Assembly (NCBI GenBank): GCA_034430395.1
Contig: DAOUEQ010000008.1
Location: forward strand, 7,581 to 71,580
DNA length: 64,000 nucleotides
Source: Anaerolineales bacterium
Lineage (GTDB): Bacteria > Chloroflexota > Anaerolineae > Anaerolineales > E44-bin32
Direction: 5' to 3'
The notes under the pieces were generated by a model, which saw nothing but the letters and a program-made list of their open reading frames with translations, had not been told where the DNA came from and searched no databases. The first letter of the stretch is position 1. Every line of letters starts with the position of its first letter. Shown here piece after piece: positions 39,005 to 48,689 of this stretch. A program made the position numbers and the translations under genes.

Positions 39005-39010
39005 TTGGAA

Positions 39011-39040
39011 TCCATCATCTGCGATGAAACAGATGATGGA
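39011..39040 (+). terminator. strong hairpin after the small ORF (possible terminator, weak U-tract)
   Basis: TCCATCATCTG / CAGATGATGGA 11-bp perfect stem with an 8-nt loop, followed by TGTTAGATTT. Confidence 0.35.
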
Positions 39041-39175
39041 TGTTAGATTTCAGTTAGGGTAAGAAAGGGCTTGAGAGCCCAAACCGATTACCAGGAATCT
39101 AGAAACGAGAATCATCTCGGATCCCCGAGTTCTTTTGAGAAACCCAGCTTGATAATCCGTGCCCTGGATGTTCAC

Positions 39176-39208
39176 GAGAGAAAAGCCCCGATCAACGATC
39201 GGGGCTTT
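39176..39208 (-). terminator. rho-independent terminator of the first acyl-CoA mutase gene
   Basis: AAAGCCCCGATC / GATCGGGGCTTT stem. On the minus strand it is followed by TTTTCTCTCG, about 25 nt after the stop at 39232. Confidence 0.65.
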
Positions 39209-39231
39209 GTGGACCTATAGGTCATCCTATG

Positions 39232-40911
39232 CTACAACCAGGAGGGTTCCTGGAACGTTCCAAAGACATCTCGCATTACATTGATAATCTCGCCCAGCGT
39301 TGCGTAAGAGCGCACGGCATCGAGGATATGCGGCATTGTATTTACGGTTCCCTGGCAAGCGATTCGGAGGTTATCGAGAGCTTGGCCGACGGCGCCGTTA
39401 TCGCGCGTTCGCCGCAGCTCTTTAAGGCGTGAGACTTGTCGACGGTAGCCTTCAGGATCCATCTCGAGTAGTGGGATGGAAAATGGCTCTTGGTCCTGGT
39501 AGGCATTGACACCGATGATATGCCGCTCATCGGTATCGATCTCCCGCTGATAGCGGTATGCCGCCTCCTGGATCTCGCGTTGGAAGTATCCCATTTCGAT
39601 AGCGGGTAAGACTCCACCAAGATCATCGATTTTACGGAAGTACTCGCGCGTCTGTGCCTCGAGGCGATTGGTCATCTGCTCAACATAGAATGAGCCCCCC
39701 AAAGGGTCGATCGTATTGGCCACCCCGGATTCCTCGGCGATGATTTGCTGTGTCCGCAGGGCAATCGTAACAGCGTGTTCGGATGGCAGCGCGAGAGCTT
39801 CATCCATTGAATTGGTGTGTAGAGATTGGGTCCCGCCGAGCACGGCGGCGAGGGCTTGGATAGCAACGCGGACAATATTGATCTCTGGCTGTTGAGCAGT
39901 CAGGCTGGCACCCGCGGTTTGCGTGTGAAATCGCAAGAGCCAGGAGCGTGGGTTTTGCGCGCCGAACGTATGGCGCATCTCCTCTGCCCAGATACGCCGT
40001 GCAGCGCGATATTTCCCGATCTCCTCAAAAAAATCGTTGTGGGCGTTGAAGAAGAAGGAAAGCCGAGGGGCGAAGCTGTCAATGTCTAACCCGCGCTCCA
40101 CACACCATCGGACATACTCTAACCCGTCTATGAGAGTGAACGCTAATTCCTGAGCAGCGGTCGAGCCGGCTTCACGGATGTGGTAACCAGAGATGGAGAC
40201 TGTGTTCCAGAGAGGCAGTTTCTCGGTTCCGTATTCGATCGTATCAATGACCAGCCGCATGGACGGATTTGGGGGGAAAATATATTCCTTCTGGGCAATA
40301 TATTCTTTCAAGATGTCGTTCTGTGTCGTTCCGCGCAACTGATCTGGTTGAACTCCCAGTTTCTCCGCTGCTGCGATGTACATTGCCCAAATAACAGCAG
40401 CGGGGGAATTGATCGTCATGCTTGTTGAAACGACATCGAGTGGAATATCAGCTAGCAGGATCTCCATATCCTCCAAAGAGGAGATGGCGACTCCGCATTT
40501 TCCAAACTCACCTGTCGCCTCAGGCTCATCAGTATCAAAGCCCATGAGTGTAGGGAGGTCGAAGGCGACCGATAGACCTGTTTGGCCCTGATCGAGTAAA
40601 TATTTAAAGCGTTGATTCGTCTCCTGGGCTGTTCCAAAACCAGAGAACATTCGCATCGTCCACATGCGTCCGCGATGGAGTGTGGGGTGAACGCCGCGAG
40701 TGTAAGGGTACTCACCTGGCAGACCAAGGTCTGAGAGGTAATCCATTTCGGCGATGTCGAGAGGGGTGTACAGCCGGTTAATCTCTTCTGAGGAGGTGGT
40801 TATGAAGCGCTTTCGCCTCTCCGGGAAACTGCTTAGACCTTGATGGAGCGTTGTCTTCTCCCATTTCTCAAAAGCATGCTTAATCGACTTCAGGTCATCC
40901 GAGCCAAACAT
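39232..40911 (-). CDS. B12-dependent acyl-CoA mutase, catalytic (TIM-barrel) subunit only; non-canonical specificity residues
   Basis: 559 aa, colinear with the methylmalonyl-CoA mutase N-terminal domain (PGEYPYTRG...[16 protein letters not shown]...[12 protein letters not shown]...[19 protein letters not shown]). It ends before any B12-binding DxHxxG domain. Confidence 0.85.
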   Translation of the reverse strand: MFGSDDLKSIKHAFEKWEKTTLHQGLSSFPERRKRFITTSSEEINRLYTPLDIAEMDYLSDLGLPGEYPYTRGVHPTLHRGRMWTMRMFSGFGTAQETNQRFKYLLDQGQTGLSVAFDLPTLMGFDTDEPEATGEFGKCGVAISSLEDMEILLADIPLDVVSTSMTINSPAAVIWAMYIAAAEKLGVQPDQLRGTTQNDILKEYIAQKEYIFPPNPSMRLVIDTIEYGTEKLPLWNTVSISGYHIREAGSTAAQELAFTLIDGLEYVRWCVERGLDIDSFAPRLSFFFNAHNDFFEEIGKYRAARRIWAEEMRHTFGAQNPRSWLLRFHTQTAGASLTAQQPEINIVRVAIQALAAVLGGTQSLHTNSMDEALALPSEHAVTIALRTQQIIAEESGVANTIDPLGGSFYVEQMTNRLEAQTREYFRKIDDLGGVLPAIEMGYFQREIQEAAYRYQREIDTDERHIIGVNAYQDQEPFSIPLLEMDPEGYRRQVSRLKELRRTRDNGAVGQALDNLRIACQGTVNTMPHILDAVRSYATLGEIINVMRDVFGTFQEPSWL

Positions 40912-41107
40912 GCAACGCCTCCAAACGATGATGTTTACGTTGACTTGGGATTATAGCATGTAGGTCTTCAAACACATGCAAAATAATGCCTTCGGTTCCA
41001 ACTTGCAGTGGCCTTACAAACTACCCCCATGCTCTGAGAATTATGTAAGAATATGCTCAACAGGACCGTTGGGCGCTTATGGAGCATTATAGGCCTGGGA
41101 GGAAATC

Positions 41108-41572
41108 ATGGATAAGAAGCGAAGATTAAGTCTGGTTTTAATAGGTTTAGCCTGGCCAGCAGTAGGCCTTGGATTCATGGCTTTACACTTCGGTTATCTA
41201 CCGTCGGGCTTGAGCCTGATCGCTGAGGCATTTGGCCTCTTCATAGCGGGCGCGCTCAGTGGGTTGCTATACTTCGGCATTCGAAAAGTATTTAAGACGA
41301 ATTTAAGTGTGGGATTGGTAAACGTCGGTTATCTGCTCTTCGCTCCGATCTCAATCATGACGGCGCTAATTGCACCTGGGTTGGGGGAGGAGATGGGTTC
41401 ACCACTCACCTTTGTACTTATCTCCCCGATCATGATCATTCTCTACAGCATGGCAGCGATGGCTGCCGGCCTCGGGATGACATCAAGTTTGGCGATTGCT
41501 GCCCAAATTCTCTCAAGTCGACCTCAACAGCCAACAGGGAACATTCAGGAAACGGTTCGCATACACAAATGA
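41108..41572 (+). CDS. 4-TM membrane protein (stand-alone copy of the duplicated module)
   Basis: 154 aa with four hydrophobic segments. GGGAGG SD is present. It is about 85% identical by eye to the N-terminal ~135 aa of the next gene. Confidence 0.65.
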   Translation: MDKKRRLSLVLIGLAWPAVGLGFMALHFGYLPSGLSLIAEAFGLFIAGALSGLLYFGIRKVFKTNLSVGLVNVGYLLFAPISIMTALIAPGLGEEMGSPLTFVLISPIMIILYSMAAMAAGLGMTSSLAIAAQILSSRPQQPTGNIQETVRIHK

Positions 41573-41600
41573 TAATGGCTCCTCCCGGTTGTTTTAGCCC

Positions 41601-41626
41601 AACCCCGCCGCTCTCACGGCGGGGTT
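41601..41626 (+). terminator. GC-rich hairpin between the duplicated genes (possible terminator or attenuator, no U-tract)
   Basis: AACCCCGCCG / CGGCGGGGTT 10-bp perfect stem with a 6-nt loop. Confidence 0.3.
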
Positions 41627-41709
41627 GCAGGTTAACTCAAGACTATGGGAAAATGTCCGCCAGAGAACCTTTAGGCGCGATGGGAGATATGCAGCGCTAG
41701 GAGCAAATC

Positions 41710-42636
41710 ATGACAAAGAATCGGCGAATTACCCTAATGATAATAGGCTTGGTCTGGCCGCTTGTCGGTCTGGGATTCATGGCTTTGCACTTCGGTTATC
41801 TACCGTCGGGCTTGAACCTGGTCACTGAAGCGGTTGGCCTCTTCATAGCGGGAGTATTGAGCGGTTTGCTTTATCTTGGCATTCGGAAGGTTTTCAAGAC
41901 GAGACTGAGCGTGGGATTGGTTGATGCTGGCTATGTGCTATTTGCACCGATTTCAATCATGACGGCGTTGATTGCACCAGGATTGGGTGAGGAGATGGGT
42001 TCGCCACTGACCTTCGTACTTATCTCCCCGGTCATGATCATTCTCTACAGCATGGCAGCAATGGCTGCCGGCCTCGGGATGACATCGAGCCTGGCAATTG
42101 TCGCCCAAATTCTCGCTGATCGATCTGCACCCCCAAAAGAGATAACGATGGATGTGGAAGGACAACTAAGCGACACTGCCAAGAAGGTTCAGAGTGCACT
42201 CGATGTCCTCGGGGTTTCCTTGGATGTGATTGAGCTGCCTATGAGCACAAGAACCGCGAAAGACGCGGCGGCTGCGGTTGGTTGTGATGTGGGTCAGATC
42301 GCGAAATCATTAATATTCCAAGGCGAGGATTCGGGGCATGCCTACTTAGTGATCGCCAGCGGGAAGAACCAAGTCGATGAACACTTGGTGGCAGCGAATG
42401 TTGGGGAGATGATCCGGATCGCTCCTGCGTCGTTCGTGCGCGCAGAAACCGGATACGCGATCGGCGGAGTCCCGCCTGTTGGGCATGACGTGTCAATCCG
42501 AACAGTGATCGATCAAGATCTATTGGAGTATGATGAAATCTGGGCTGCTGCGGGGACACCACGCGCCGTGTTCCGACTCACACCGCGAGATCTAGTTGCT
42601 CTGACAAAGGGCACTGTTCTGCGGACGAGCAATTGA
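41710..42636 (+). CDS. fusion of the 4-TM membrane module with a YbaK/ProX-type aminoacyl-tRNA trans-editing (deacylase) domain
   Basis: 308 aa. The N-terminal ~135 aa are the duplicated TM module. The C-terminal ~150 aa have YbaK features (TAKDAAAAVGCDVGQIAKSLIF, AIGGVPPVGH, IWAAAGTP.AVF). Confidence 0.75.
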   Translation: MTKNRRITLMIIGLVWPLVGLGFMALHFGYLPSGLNLVTEAVGLFIAGVLSGLLYLGIRKVFKTRLSVGLVDAGYVLFAPISIMTALIAPGLGEEMGSPLTFVLISPVMIILYSMAAMAAGLGMTSSLAIVAQILADRSAPPKEITMDVEGQLSDTAKKVQSALDVLGVSLDVIELPMSTRTAKDAAAAVGCDVGQIAKSLIFQGEDSGHAYLVIASGKNQVDEHLVAANVGEMIRIAPASFVRAETGYAIGGVPPVGHDVSIRTVIDQDLLEYDEIWAAAGTPRAVFRLTPRDLVALTKGTVLRTSN

Positions 42637-42837
42637 TCTTCCGCATCCCTCTGTAGCCCCACCCAAGTGAGATCAAGAGATTACGTCAGGAAGGCCGTGT
42701 TATTGCTTCCATGGTGCAAGTTCTCGCACCTCTCCGGTAGCTAGTCTTGTAAGACGCCGAAGACCCTCGCCGCTATGATCTACCCTGCCTCAAGAGCACG
42801 GTTCACAAAATTGTGTACGTGTAATTTGGATCGCAGG

Positions 42838-43251
42838 TTACCGCGGGGAAAGTTCGTAAAGCTCCAACAGCACCCCATGGGTGCTTTCGGGGTGGACAAA
42901 GGCCATCTTTTTTCCGTTGGTGCCGATGATCGGCTCGCTGTTTATCAACCGCACCCCGCTTGCTTTCAGCGATTCCAGTGAGGTTTCGATATCGGCGACT
43001 TCGAAGCAGATGTGATGGATTCCCGGTCCACGTTTTTTTAAATAGCGCGCCACTCCACTTTCATCGGATGTTGGTTTAACTAATTCGATCTCCGAGTTCC
43101 CAACAGGCAGGAACGCGACGACGGTATCCTGATCCGGAACTTCTTCGACGCGTGTAACTTTTAGCCCCAGGGCATCGCGCCAGAAGTGAAGCGCGTCTTC
43201 GATCTCATCGACAACGATGGCGATGTGATTGATGCGTTTGACTGAAGTCAT
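42838..43251 (-). CDS. mce: methylmalonyl-CoA epimerase (VOC/glyoxalase fold)
   Basis: 137 aa. INHIAIVV.D...A..FW...LG, HHICFEV.D and the VOC fold are present. Its context lies between acyl-CoA mutases and propionyl-CoA carboxylase. Confidence 0.8.
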   Translation of the reverse strand: MTSVKRINHIAIVVDEIEDALHFWRDALGLKVTRVEEVPDQDTVVAFLPVGNSEIELVKPTSDESGVARYLKKRGPGIHHICFEVADIETSLESLKASGVRLINSEPIIGTNGKKMAFVHPESTHGVLLELYELSPR

Positions 43252-43499
43252 AATCCCTCTTGTGGTCTTGGGTTTGGGTACATTCTAAGATAGATTTCCG
43301 ATCATGAGAAATCGCACCTGAAAGGTTTATGCTGCGATTCGAATGCCCTTGTAAGATGAGTTTCGAAGTTCCTGATTCTGACATATGGTCCTTGAATTGA
43401 AGGGAATGCTTCGGGTGGTTATTCTCATGTCGCCTACGATGGTAAGCGTCTCTACTCGGCAGGAGGGGAGACCGGCAGAGAAGAGAGGACAAGAATATG

Positions 43500-45176
43500 T
43501 CAGAAGATCGATGGTGAGCGATACTCACCCCAGATCTCGCGCAGGCAAGCGCAGATCTCGCCGAGGGTGGCGCCGGCTTCGACGGCTTCTATGAAGAGCG
43601 GCATTAGATTTTCATCGCCGCGGGCGGCTGAGGCGATTCGCTGTAATTCAGATTCCACTTGCTTTGTGTCTCGTTTGGCGCGGAACTCCTTCAAACGAGC
43701 TCGCTGTAATTTTTCTATCGAGGGGTCAACCTTCAAGCGCTCAGGCGATGTTGGCTCTTCCGTCTGGAAAGCGTTTACTCCAACGACTACTGTCTCGCCA
43801 CATTCGATCTTCTTTTGGGTCCTGTATGCGGATTCCTGGATCTCTCGCTGCATGTAACCACTTTCAACGGCTGCCAGTGCGCCGCCGATCGCGTCGATAT
43901 TTTCGAGGTATGCTCTAGCACGGCTTTCAATCTCGTCGGTAAGTGATTCGATTGCATACGCTCCGCCAAGTGGATCGATCGTGTCTGCGACACCACTTTC
44001 GAAGGCCAAAATCTGTTGTGTCCTCAAAGCCACCTGAACAGAGTGAGTTGTCGGTAGGCTGAGTGCCTCATCCAGGCTGTTCGTATGCAGAGATTGCGTG
44101 CCTCCGAGGATGGCAGCCAATGCCTGGATCGTAACCCTGGTGATATTGTTCATCGGCTGCTGGGCTGTCAGCGTGGACCCTGCGGTTTGCGTATGGAAGC
44201 GCAGCCGCCAGGATCGAGGATCGCGTGCACCGAAACGGTCCCGCAGGATGGAAGACCACATCCTGCGGGCGGCGCGGAATTTGGCTATTTCCTCAAGAAG
44301 GTCGTTGTGGGCGTTGAAGAAGAAAGCCATCTGCGGTGCAATCTCATCTACAGACAAACCAGCTTGTATTCCCGTTTCGAGGTAGGCAATAGCATTTGCA
44401 AGCGTAAATGCAAGCTCCTGCACAGCTGTAGCTCCAGCCTCTCGCATGTGGTACCCGGAGACTGAGATTGTGTTCCAGCGTGGCACTGAGTCCTTGCAAT
44501 ATTGGAAGACATCTGTGGTTAGACGGATCGCGGGTTTCGGCGGGAAGATATAGGTCCCGCGAGCGACATACTCCTTCAGGATGTCGTTCTGAATGGTTCC
44601 TCTTAGAGATGGAAGGTCAACCCCCTGCCGACGGGCGATAGCAATATACATGGCCAGTAGAATCGCGGCAGGCGCGTTGATGGTCATGCTTGTTGAGACT
44701 TTATCGAGGGGAATGCCATCGAAGAGCTGCTCCATATCTTCCAGACTGGATATGGAAACGCCAACCTTTCCCACTTCACCGATGGCGAGTGGGTCGTCCG
44801 CGTCATAACCAATCTGAGTGGGGAGGTCGAAGGCGATCGAAAGACCGGTCTGACCCTGATCAAGCAAGTATTGGAAGCGTTTATTCGTCTCCTCAGCGGT
44901 GGCATACCCTGCGTATTGGCGCATGGTCCAAAGGCGACCGCGGTACATCGTGGTCTGTACACCACGCGTGAAGGGGTGCTCCCCCGGGAATCCCAGGCGG
45001 TTGAGGTACTCAGCGTCTGATTTGCAAGGGATATAGAGCCGTTCGATGGGAATTCCTGAGGGGGTTTCAAAGTGGTCATCTCTCTCCGGCATGCGCGCAA
45101 GTGACTTTGCCAGCGTACCTTCTTCCCACTTCTTGATGGCTTCCTTCAGACGCTTGATCATTGTCCTCTGTCTCAC
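43500..45176 (-). CDS. methylmalonyl-CoA mutase, catalytic (N-terminal domain) subunit
   Basis: 558 aa. [24 protein letters not shown] and [17 protein letters not shown] keep the Tyr/Arg pair expected for methylmalonyl-CoA. There is no B12-binding domain. The start is GTG 45176 or ATG 45161. Confidence 0.88.
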   Translation of the reverse strand: MRQRTMIKRLKEAIKKWEEGTLAKSLARMPERDDHFETPSGIPIERLYIPCKSDAEYLNRLGFPGEHPFTRGVQTTMYRGRLWTMRQYAGYATAEETNKRFQYLLDQGQTGLSIAFDLPTQIGYDADDPLAIGEVGKVGVSISSLEDMEQLFDGIPLDKVSTSMTINAPAAILLAMYIAIARRQGVDLPSLRGTIQNDILKEYVARGTYIFPPKPAIRLTTDVFQYCKDSVPRWNTISVSGYHMREAGATAVQELAFTLANAIAYLETGIQAGLSVDEIAPQMAFFFNAHNDLLEEIAKFRAARRMWSSILRDRFGARDPRSWRLRFHTQTAGSTLTAQQPMNNITRVTIQALAAILGGTQSLHTNSLDEALSLPTTHSVQVALRTQQILAFESGVADTIDPLGGAYAIESLTDEIESRARAYLENIDAIGGALAAVESGYMQREIQESAYRTQKKIECGETVVVGVNAFQTEEPTSPERLKVDPSIEKLQRARLKEFRAKRDTKQVESELQRIASAARGDENLMPLFIEAVEAGATLGEICACLREIWGEYRSPSIF

Positions 45177-45185
45177 ATTAATCTT

Positions 45186-45776
45186 TCAATCGACCTGGAG
45201 GACGCCCAGTAGTTCAGGGTCGACTGGAGTATGTCCTTTAAGGTTATCAAAGGTAATTGCCTCGAACTCTAAATCCAGGGGTCCGCGGATTCGGTCAAGT
45301 AGTTCGAGGTAGGTCGCCTGCACTCGCCGCTCCCAGGGCAATCCCAGCAGATCAGCCACCTGGTGGATCGACTCGATCGAGGGACCTTCGATCTCGATGA
45401 AGCAGCCGAAGGGAAGTTCGTCTAGCATCACCTGAACGGGATCGATCTGAAAGGTTTCCCGGTACTTTTCGTAAACGGAGGTGACTATGTAGCCTAAGGC
45501 GTCAAGAATCTTGCGGCCGGCCGCGATATCATCGATTTCGATCTCAAATTCCTCACGAGTTTCTATCTGTTCAAGAGGTCGTTTGAAAGTTAAGGTCACT
45601 CGACTGTCTTGCCGCAGACGGAGGACCTGCTTCTTGCCGGTGAGCACCAGGTCAGGGGTATCGAAGCGCAGGTTGTGCTCAAGATGGCGATCTTTTTCTA
45701 AATGTCCGCCCAAGGCGATGATTCGCTTGCGGATGTCTTCCAAATGACGCAGATAGAACTTCACTTCGATTTCCAT
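45186..45776 (-). CDS. CYTH-domain protein (CyaB-type adenylate cyclase / triphosphate tunnel metalloenzyme)
   Basis: The N-terminal EIEVKF is the ExExK signature. At 196 aa it has the typical CYTH size. Confidence 0.7.
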   Translation of the reverse strand: MEIEVKFYLRHLEDIRKRIIALGGHLEKDRHLEHNLRFDTPDLVLTGKKQVLRLRQDSRVTLTFKRPLEQIETREEFEIEIDDIAAGRKILDALGYIVTSVYEKYRETFQIDPVQVMLDELPFGCFIEIEGPSIESIHQVADLLGLPWERRVQATYLELLDRIRGPLDLEFEAITFDNLKGHTPVDPELLGVLQVD

Positions 45777-45787
45777 GAACGCCTTCT

Positions 45788-46285
45788 TCAGGTGAGTATC
45801 AACATTATTTGATTCTGGTCAACGCTCTCGCCAGTTTTCACACGGAGGCGGTTCACAGTGCCATCACGCGGCGCTTTGATTTCGTTTTGCATTTTCATCG
45901 ATTCCAGGATGATTACATTGTCACCCTGAGCTACTTCCTGACCTTCTTCAACCGGGATGAGGATGACAACCCCGGGCATAGGTGCTTTGATATGAATATC
46001 ACCGCTTCGGATTTGAGGGGAAGTGGAGCTCTGACGCAGTCGCTGCTGGCGTTCGTCCTCCACATGAACTTCAAAGAGCTGGCCTTGAAGAAGGACTTGA
46101 ATACCCGATTCTGTAGTATAGATCGAAGCTTCAAAGGAATCACCGTTGAGGATAAGAGAGTAAATCGGTTGGTCGCCAACGGACTGAAAATCGGCAGTTA
46201 ACTGCTGGTTATCTACGTCAATCTGTTGATCTGCCTTGATTTCCACTTCGAATTGTTTGTTACCGATGGTGGCGAAGTATTTCAT
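45788..46285 (-). CDS. biotin carboxyl carrier protein (biotinyl-domain protein)
   Basis: C-terminal biotinyl domain with ILESMKMQNEIKAP (MKM biotinylation motif). GGAGG lies 4 nt before ATG 46285; the ORF track starts at 46315. Confidence 0.8.
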   Translation of the reverse strand: MKYFATIGNKQFEVEIKADQQIDVDNQQLTADFQSVGDQPIYSLILNGDSFEASIYTTESGIQVLLQGQLFEVHVEDERQQRLRQSSTSPQIRSGDIHIKAPMPGVVILIPVEEGQEVAQGDNVIILESMKMQNEIKAPRDGTVNRLRVKTGESVDQNQIMLILT

Positions 46286-46364
46286 GAACCCTCCACGATC
46301 AAGAACTCGGGGCATATAAGGTGTACATCTGGGTGTTGATCAGAATAGCAGCAGCTGATCATGT

Positions 46365-47873
46365 CTAACGATTCATTCTCTCCCACCTTCCGACCCATTT
46401 CCAGTTGCTGGTATCCCGCTTACTGCGACGAACAATCTGGGATGCTTTCTGGCTTTCCCGATGTGTGACAAGTGATCCCATCACGGCCGCGATCATCGCC
46501 AAATGTTCTTTCTCATCCTCTAGCTCATCCATGGAGAATCGTTCCTCAACAAAACGCGTATCGAAAGATCCGGCGATGAATCGGTGGGAATCCATAATAT
46601 GCTGATGGAAGGGAATATTGGTTTTCACACCCAGGATGCGGTATTCCTCCAGAGAACGCCGCATCCGCAAGATCGCCTCCCCGCGTGTCTCCCCCCAACA
46701 AATCAATTTTGAGATGAGCGCATCGTAAAACGGGGAGATTTCAAATCCTGCGTAGACACCTGTATCGACGCGAACGCCGGGACCGCTTGGGGCGATGACA
46801 GAGTTCAGGATGCCTGTTGAGGGGAGGAAATTGTTATATGCATCCTCGGCATTTATACGGCATTCGAGCGCCCAACCGTTGAGATGGATATCCTCTTGCG
46901 CATAGCGCAGTTTGCGGTCGCGGGCGATCCGCAACTGCTCCTTTACGATGTCAATCCCGGTCACAAGCTCCGTTATCGGATGCTCGACCTGCAGGCGGGT
47001 ATTCATCTCGAGGAAGAAGAACTTATGGTCCTTATCGACTAAGAATTCTATTGTGCCTGCGTTCAGGTAATCCACTGCGCGGGCGGCAGCGCAGGCTACT
47101 TCTCCCATTTGTGCGCGCAACTCGTCGTTTATAAACGGAGAGGGGGATTCCTCAAGCAGCTTCTGGTGACGTCTTTGCAGGGAGCATTCGCGTTCACCCA
47201 AATGGATGACATTACCATGATTATCAGCCAGAATCTGGAACTCGATGTGCCGTGCGTTAAGAATCAATTTTTCGAGATATACATTGCCGTCGCCAAAAGA
47301 AGCATCAGCCTCTCTACGCGCTGCTTGAAGCAGCCCGGGCATCTCTTCAGCGGATTTGACTTCACGCATACCCTTGCCGCCGCCGCCTGCCGTGGCTTTT
47401 ACCAGCAGGGGGAAGCCTATCTCCGGGGCGATTGCCAGTAGGTCATCATCGCGCAGATCACCTTCACCTTCCGTTCCAGGGACGACTTGGATCCCCGCGG
47501 CGGTGACCGTGGAACGAGCGACAGCTTTATCCCCCATTGCAGCAATTGCGGATGGTCTCGGACCGATGAATACAAGCCCGGCGTCAAGCACTGCCTGGGC
47601 GAAGTCATCACGCTCCGCCAGGAAACCGTATCCAGGGTGAATGGCTCCGGCACCGCTCTTTTTCGCAATGTCGATGATCTTGTCGCCGCGCAGGTAGGAT
47701 TCGCGCGCAACCGCAGGACCCAGGAGGTATGCCTCATCCGCCTGTCGAACATGTAGAGCAGCGCGGTCGGCTTCGGAATAGACTGCGATTGTGCGCAGAC
47801 CTAGTTCGCGACATGCTCGAATGATACGCACTGCGATTTCACCACGGTTTGCGATGAGTACTTTTTCAAACAT
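46365..47873 (-). CDS. accC: biotin carboxylase subunit of an acyl-CoA (propionyl/acetyl-CoA) carboxylase
   Basis: MFEKVLIANRGEIAVRIIRACRELG, an ATP-grasp domain, and the biotin carboxylase C-domain. 502 aa. Confidence 0.9.
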   Translation of the reverse strand: MFEKVLIANRGEIAVRIIRACRELGLRTIAVYSEADRAALHVRQADEAYLLGPAVARESYLRGDKIIDIAKKSGAGAIHPGYGFLAERDDFAQAVLDAGLVFIGPRPSAIAAMGDKAVARSTVTAAGIQVVPGTEGEGDLRDDDLLAIAPEIGFPLLVKATAGGGGKGMREVKSAEEMPGLLQAARREADASFGDGNVYLEKLILNARHIEFQILADNHGNVIHLGERECSLQRRHQKLLEESPSPFINDELRAQMGEVACAAARAVDYLNAGTIEFLVDKDHKFFFLEMNTRLQVEHPITELVTGIDIVKEQLRIARDRKLRYAQEDIHLNGWALECRINAEDAYNNFLPSTGILNSVIAPSGPGVRVDTGVYAGFEISPFYDALISKLICWGETRGEAILRMRRSLEEYRILGVKTNIPFHQHIMDSHRFIAGSFDTRFVEERFSMDELEDEKEHLAMIAAVMGSLVTHRESQKASQIVRRSKRDTSNWKWVGRWERMNR

Positions 47874-47882
47874 TCCTTCCCT

Positions 47883-48689
47883 CTAATCTAAGACATGGGT
47901 CTGCGATTGCATCTGGGTTGCAAAGAAACGCAGAACTCTTTGGTTGAACTCCTCCGGGATCTCGTGTGGAGGCATGTGGTGAACATCGGGGATCAACCAC
48001 AGCTGCCCCTTTTGAATCCCTTCCGAGATGTCGATCGCATGTTGGGGGGTCGCGTGTTCATCAAGTTCACCTTGAATAACGAGAGTTGGGCAGGTGATCT
48101 TTGGCAGAAGTCTGCGCATGTCCAGCCCCTGTGGATCGGTTTCCATCCAATGTTGGATCCAAGTATCGGCCAGATGCCGAGCCCTGCCCCCATGTTCTCG
48201 GTCCAGTACTTTCGAATAGGGCGGCTGTTTTGACGCTTCGGAGATCATTTCCAATCCTGCACGCATTTTGGGCTCAACGTAGATATGGGCAGCGACGACG
48301 ACCATGCTCTCGATATGATCAGGTCTTTCAGCGGCCATGAGCAGCGCGATCGAGCCGCCGTCGCTATGGCCTACAAGAGAAAGACGGTCAATGCCCAGGT
48401 GGTTCAGAAGAGCGAAAGCCTCCTCGGCATCGTCTTGGAGGAAGAACCCATTAAAACTCGAGCGCGGATCCGATCGACCGTACCCCCAACGATCGTACAC
48501 GATCACCCGCCATCCGGCGTTGGCGAAGGCGCTTATTTGCCGCCGCCAAGAGTGGATCGATCCCAAACCATGATGAAGGAGCAATAAAGTTGGCGCGTCG
48601 TCAGACCCATATTGCTCCCAGTACAATTTGTGTCCGTTGACCTCGTAGAAACCCTGATCGCCGGGTTGCTCAGAGCGGGATATTTCCAT
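47883..48689 (-). CDS. alpha/beta-fold hydrolase
   Basis: Nucleophile elbow VGHSDGGS and the HHG oxyanion region ([10 protein letters not shown]). The ORF-track start at 48878 lies inside the upstream carboxyltransferase gene. ATG 48689 (MEISRSEQ) is preferred. Confidence 0.75.
   Translation of the reverse strand: MEISRSEQPGDQGFYEVNGHKLYWEQYGSDDAPTLLLLHHGLGSIHSWRRQISAFANAGWRVIVYDRWGYGRSDPRSSFNGFFLQDDAEEAFALLNHLGIDRLSLVGHSDGGSIALLMAAERPDHIESMVVVAAHIYVEPKMRAGLEMISEASKQPPYSKVLDREHGGRARHLADTWIQHWMETDPQGLDMRRLLPKITCPTLVIQGELDEHATPQHAIDISEGIQKGQLWLIPDVHHMPPHEIPEEFNQRVLRFFATQMQSQTHVLD

Larger units (their letters stand above)
41108..42135 (+). repeat. tandem direct duplication (~420 bp unit, ~600 bp period)
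   Basis: 41108-41530 and 41710-42132 align without gaps at roughly 80% nucleotide identity by eye. Long identical runs include ggattcatggctttRcacttcggttatctaccgtcgggcttga and ggttcRccactSaccttYgtacttatctcccc. Confidence 0.8.

Noticed and set aside
41006-41012. GCCACTG (B12-box-like heptamer on the minus strand) about 95 nt upstream of the first acyl-CoA mutase gene, considered as a cobalamin riboswitch
   Set aside because: None of the other conserved cobalamin-riboswitch elements is visible around it: no GGTG..AAATCC-type segment, no flanking P3-P6 helices. A single heptamer match is expected by chance. An Infernal scan with RF00174 would settle it.
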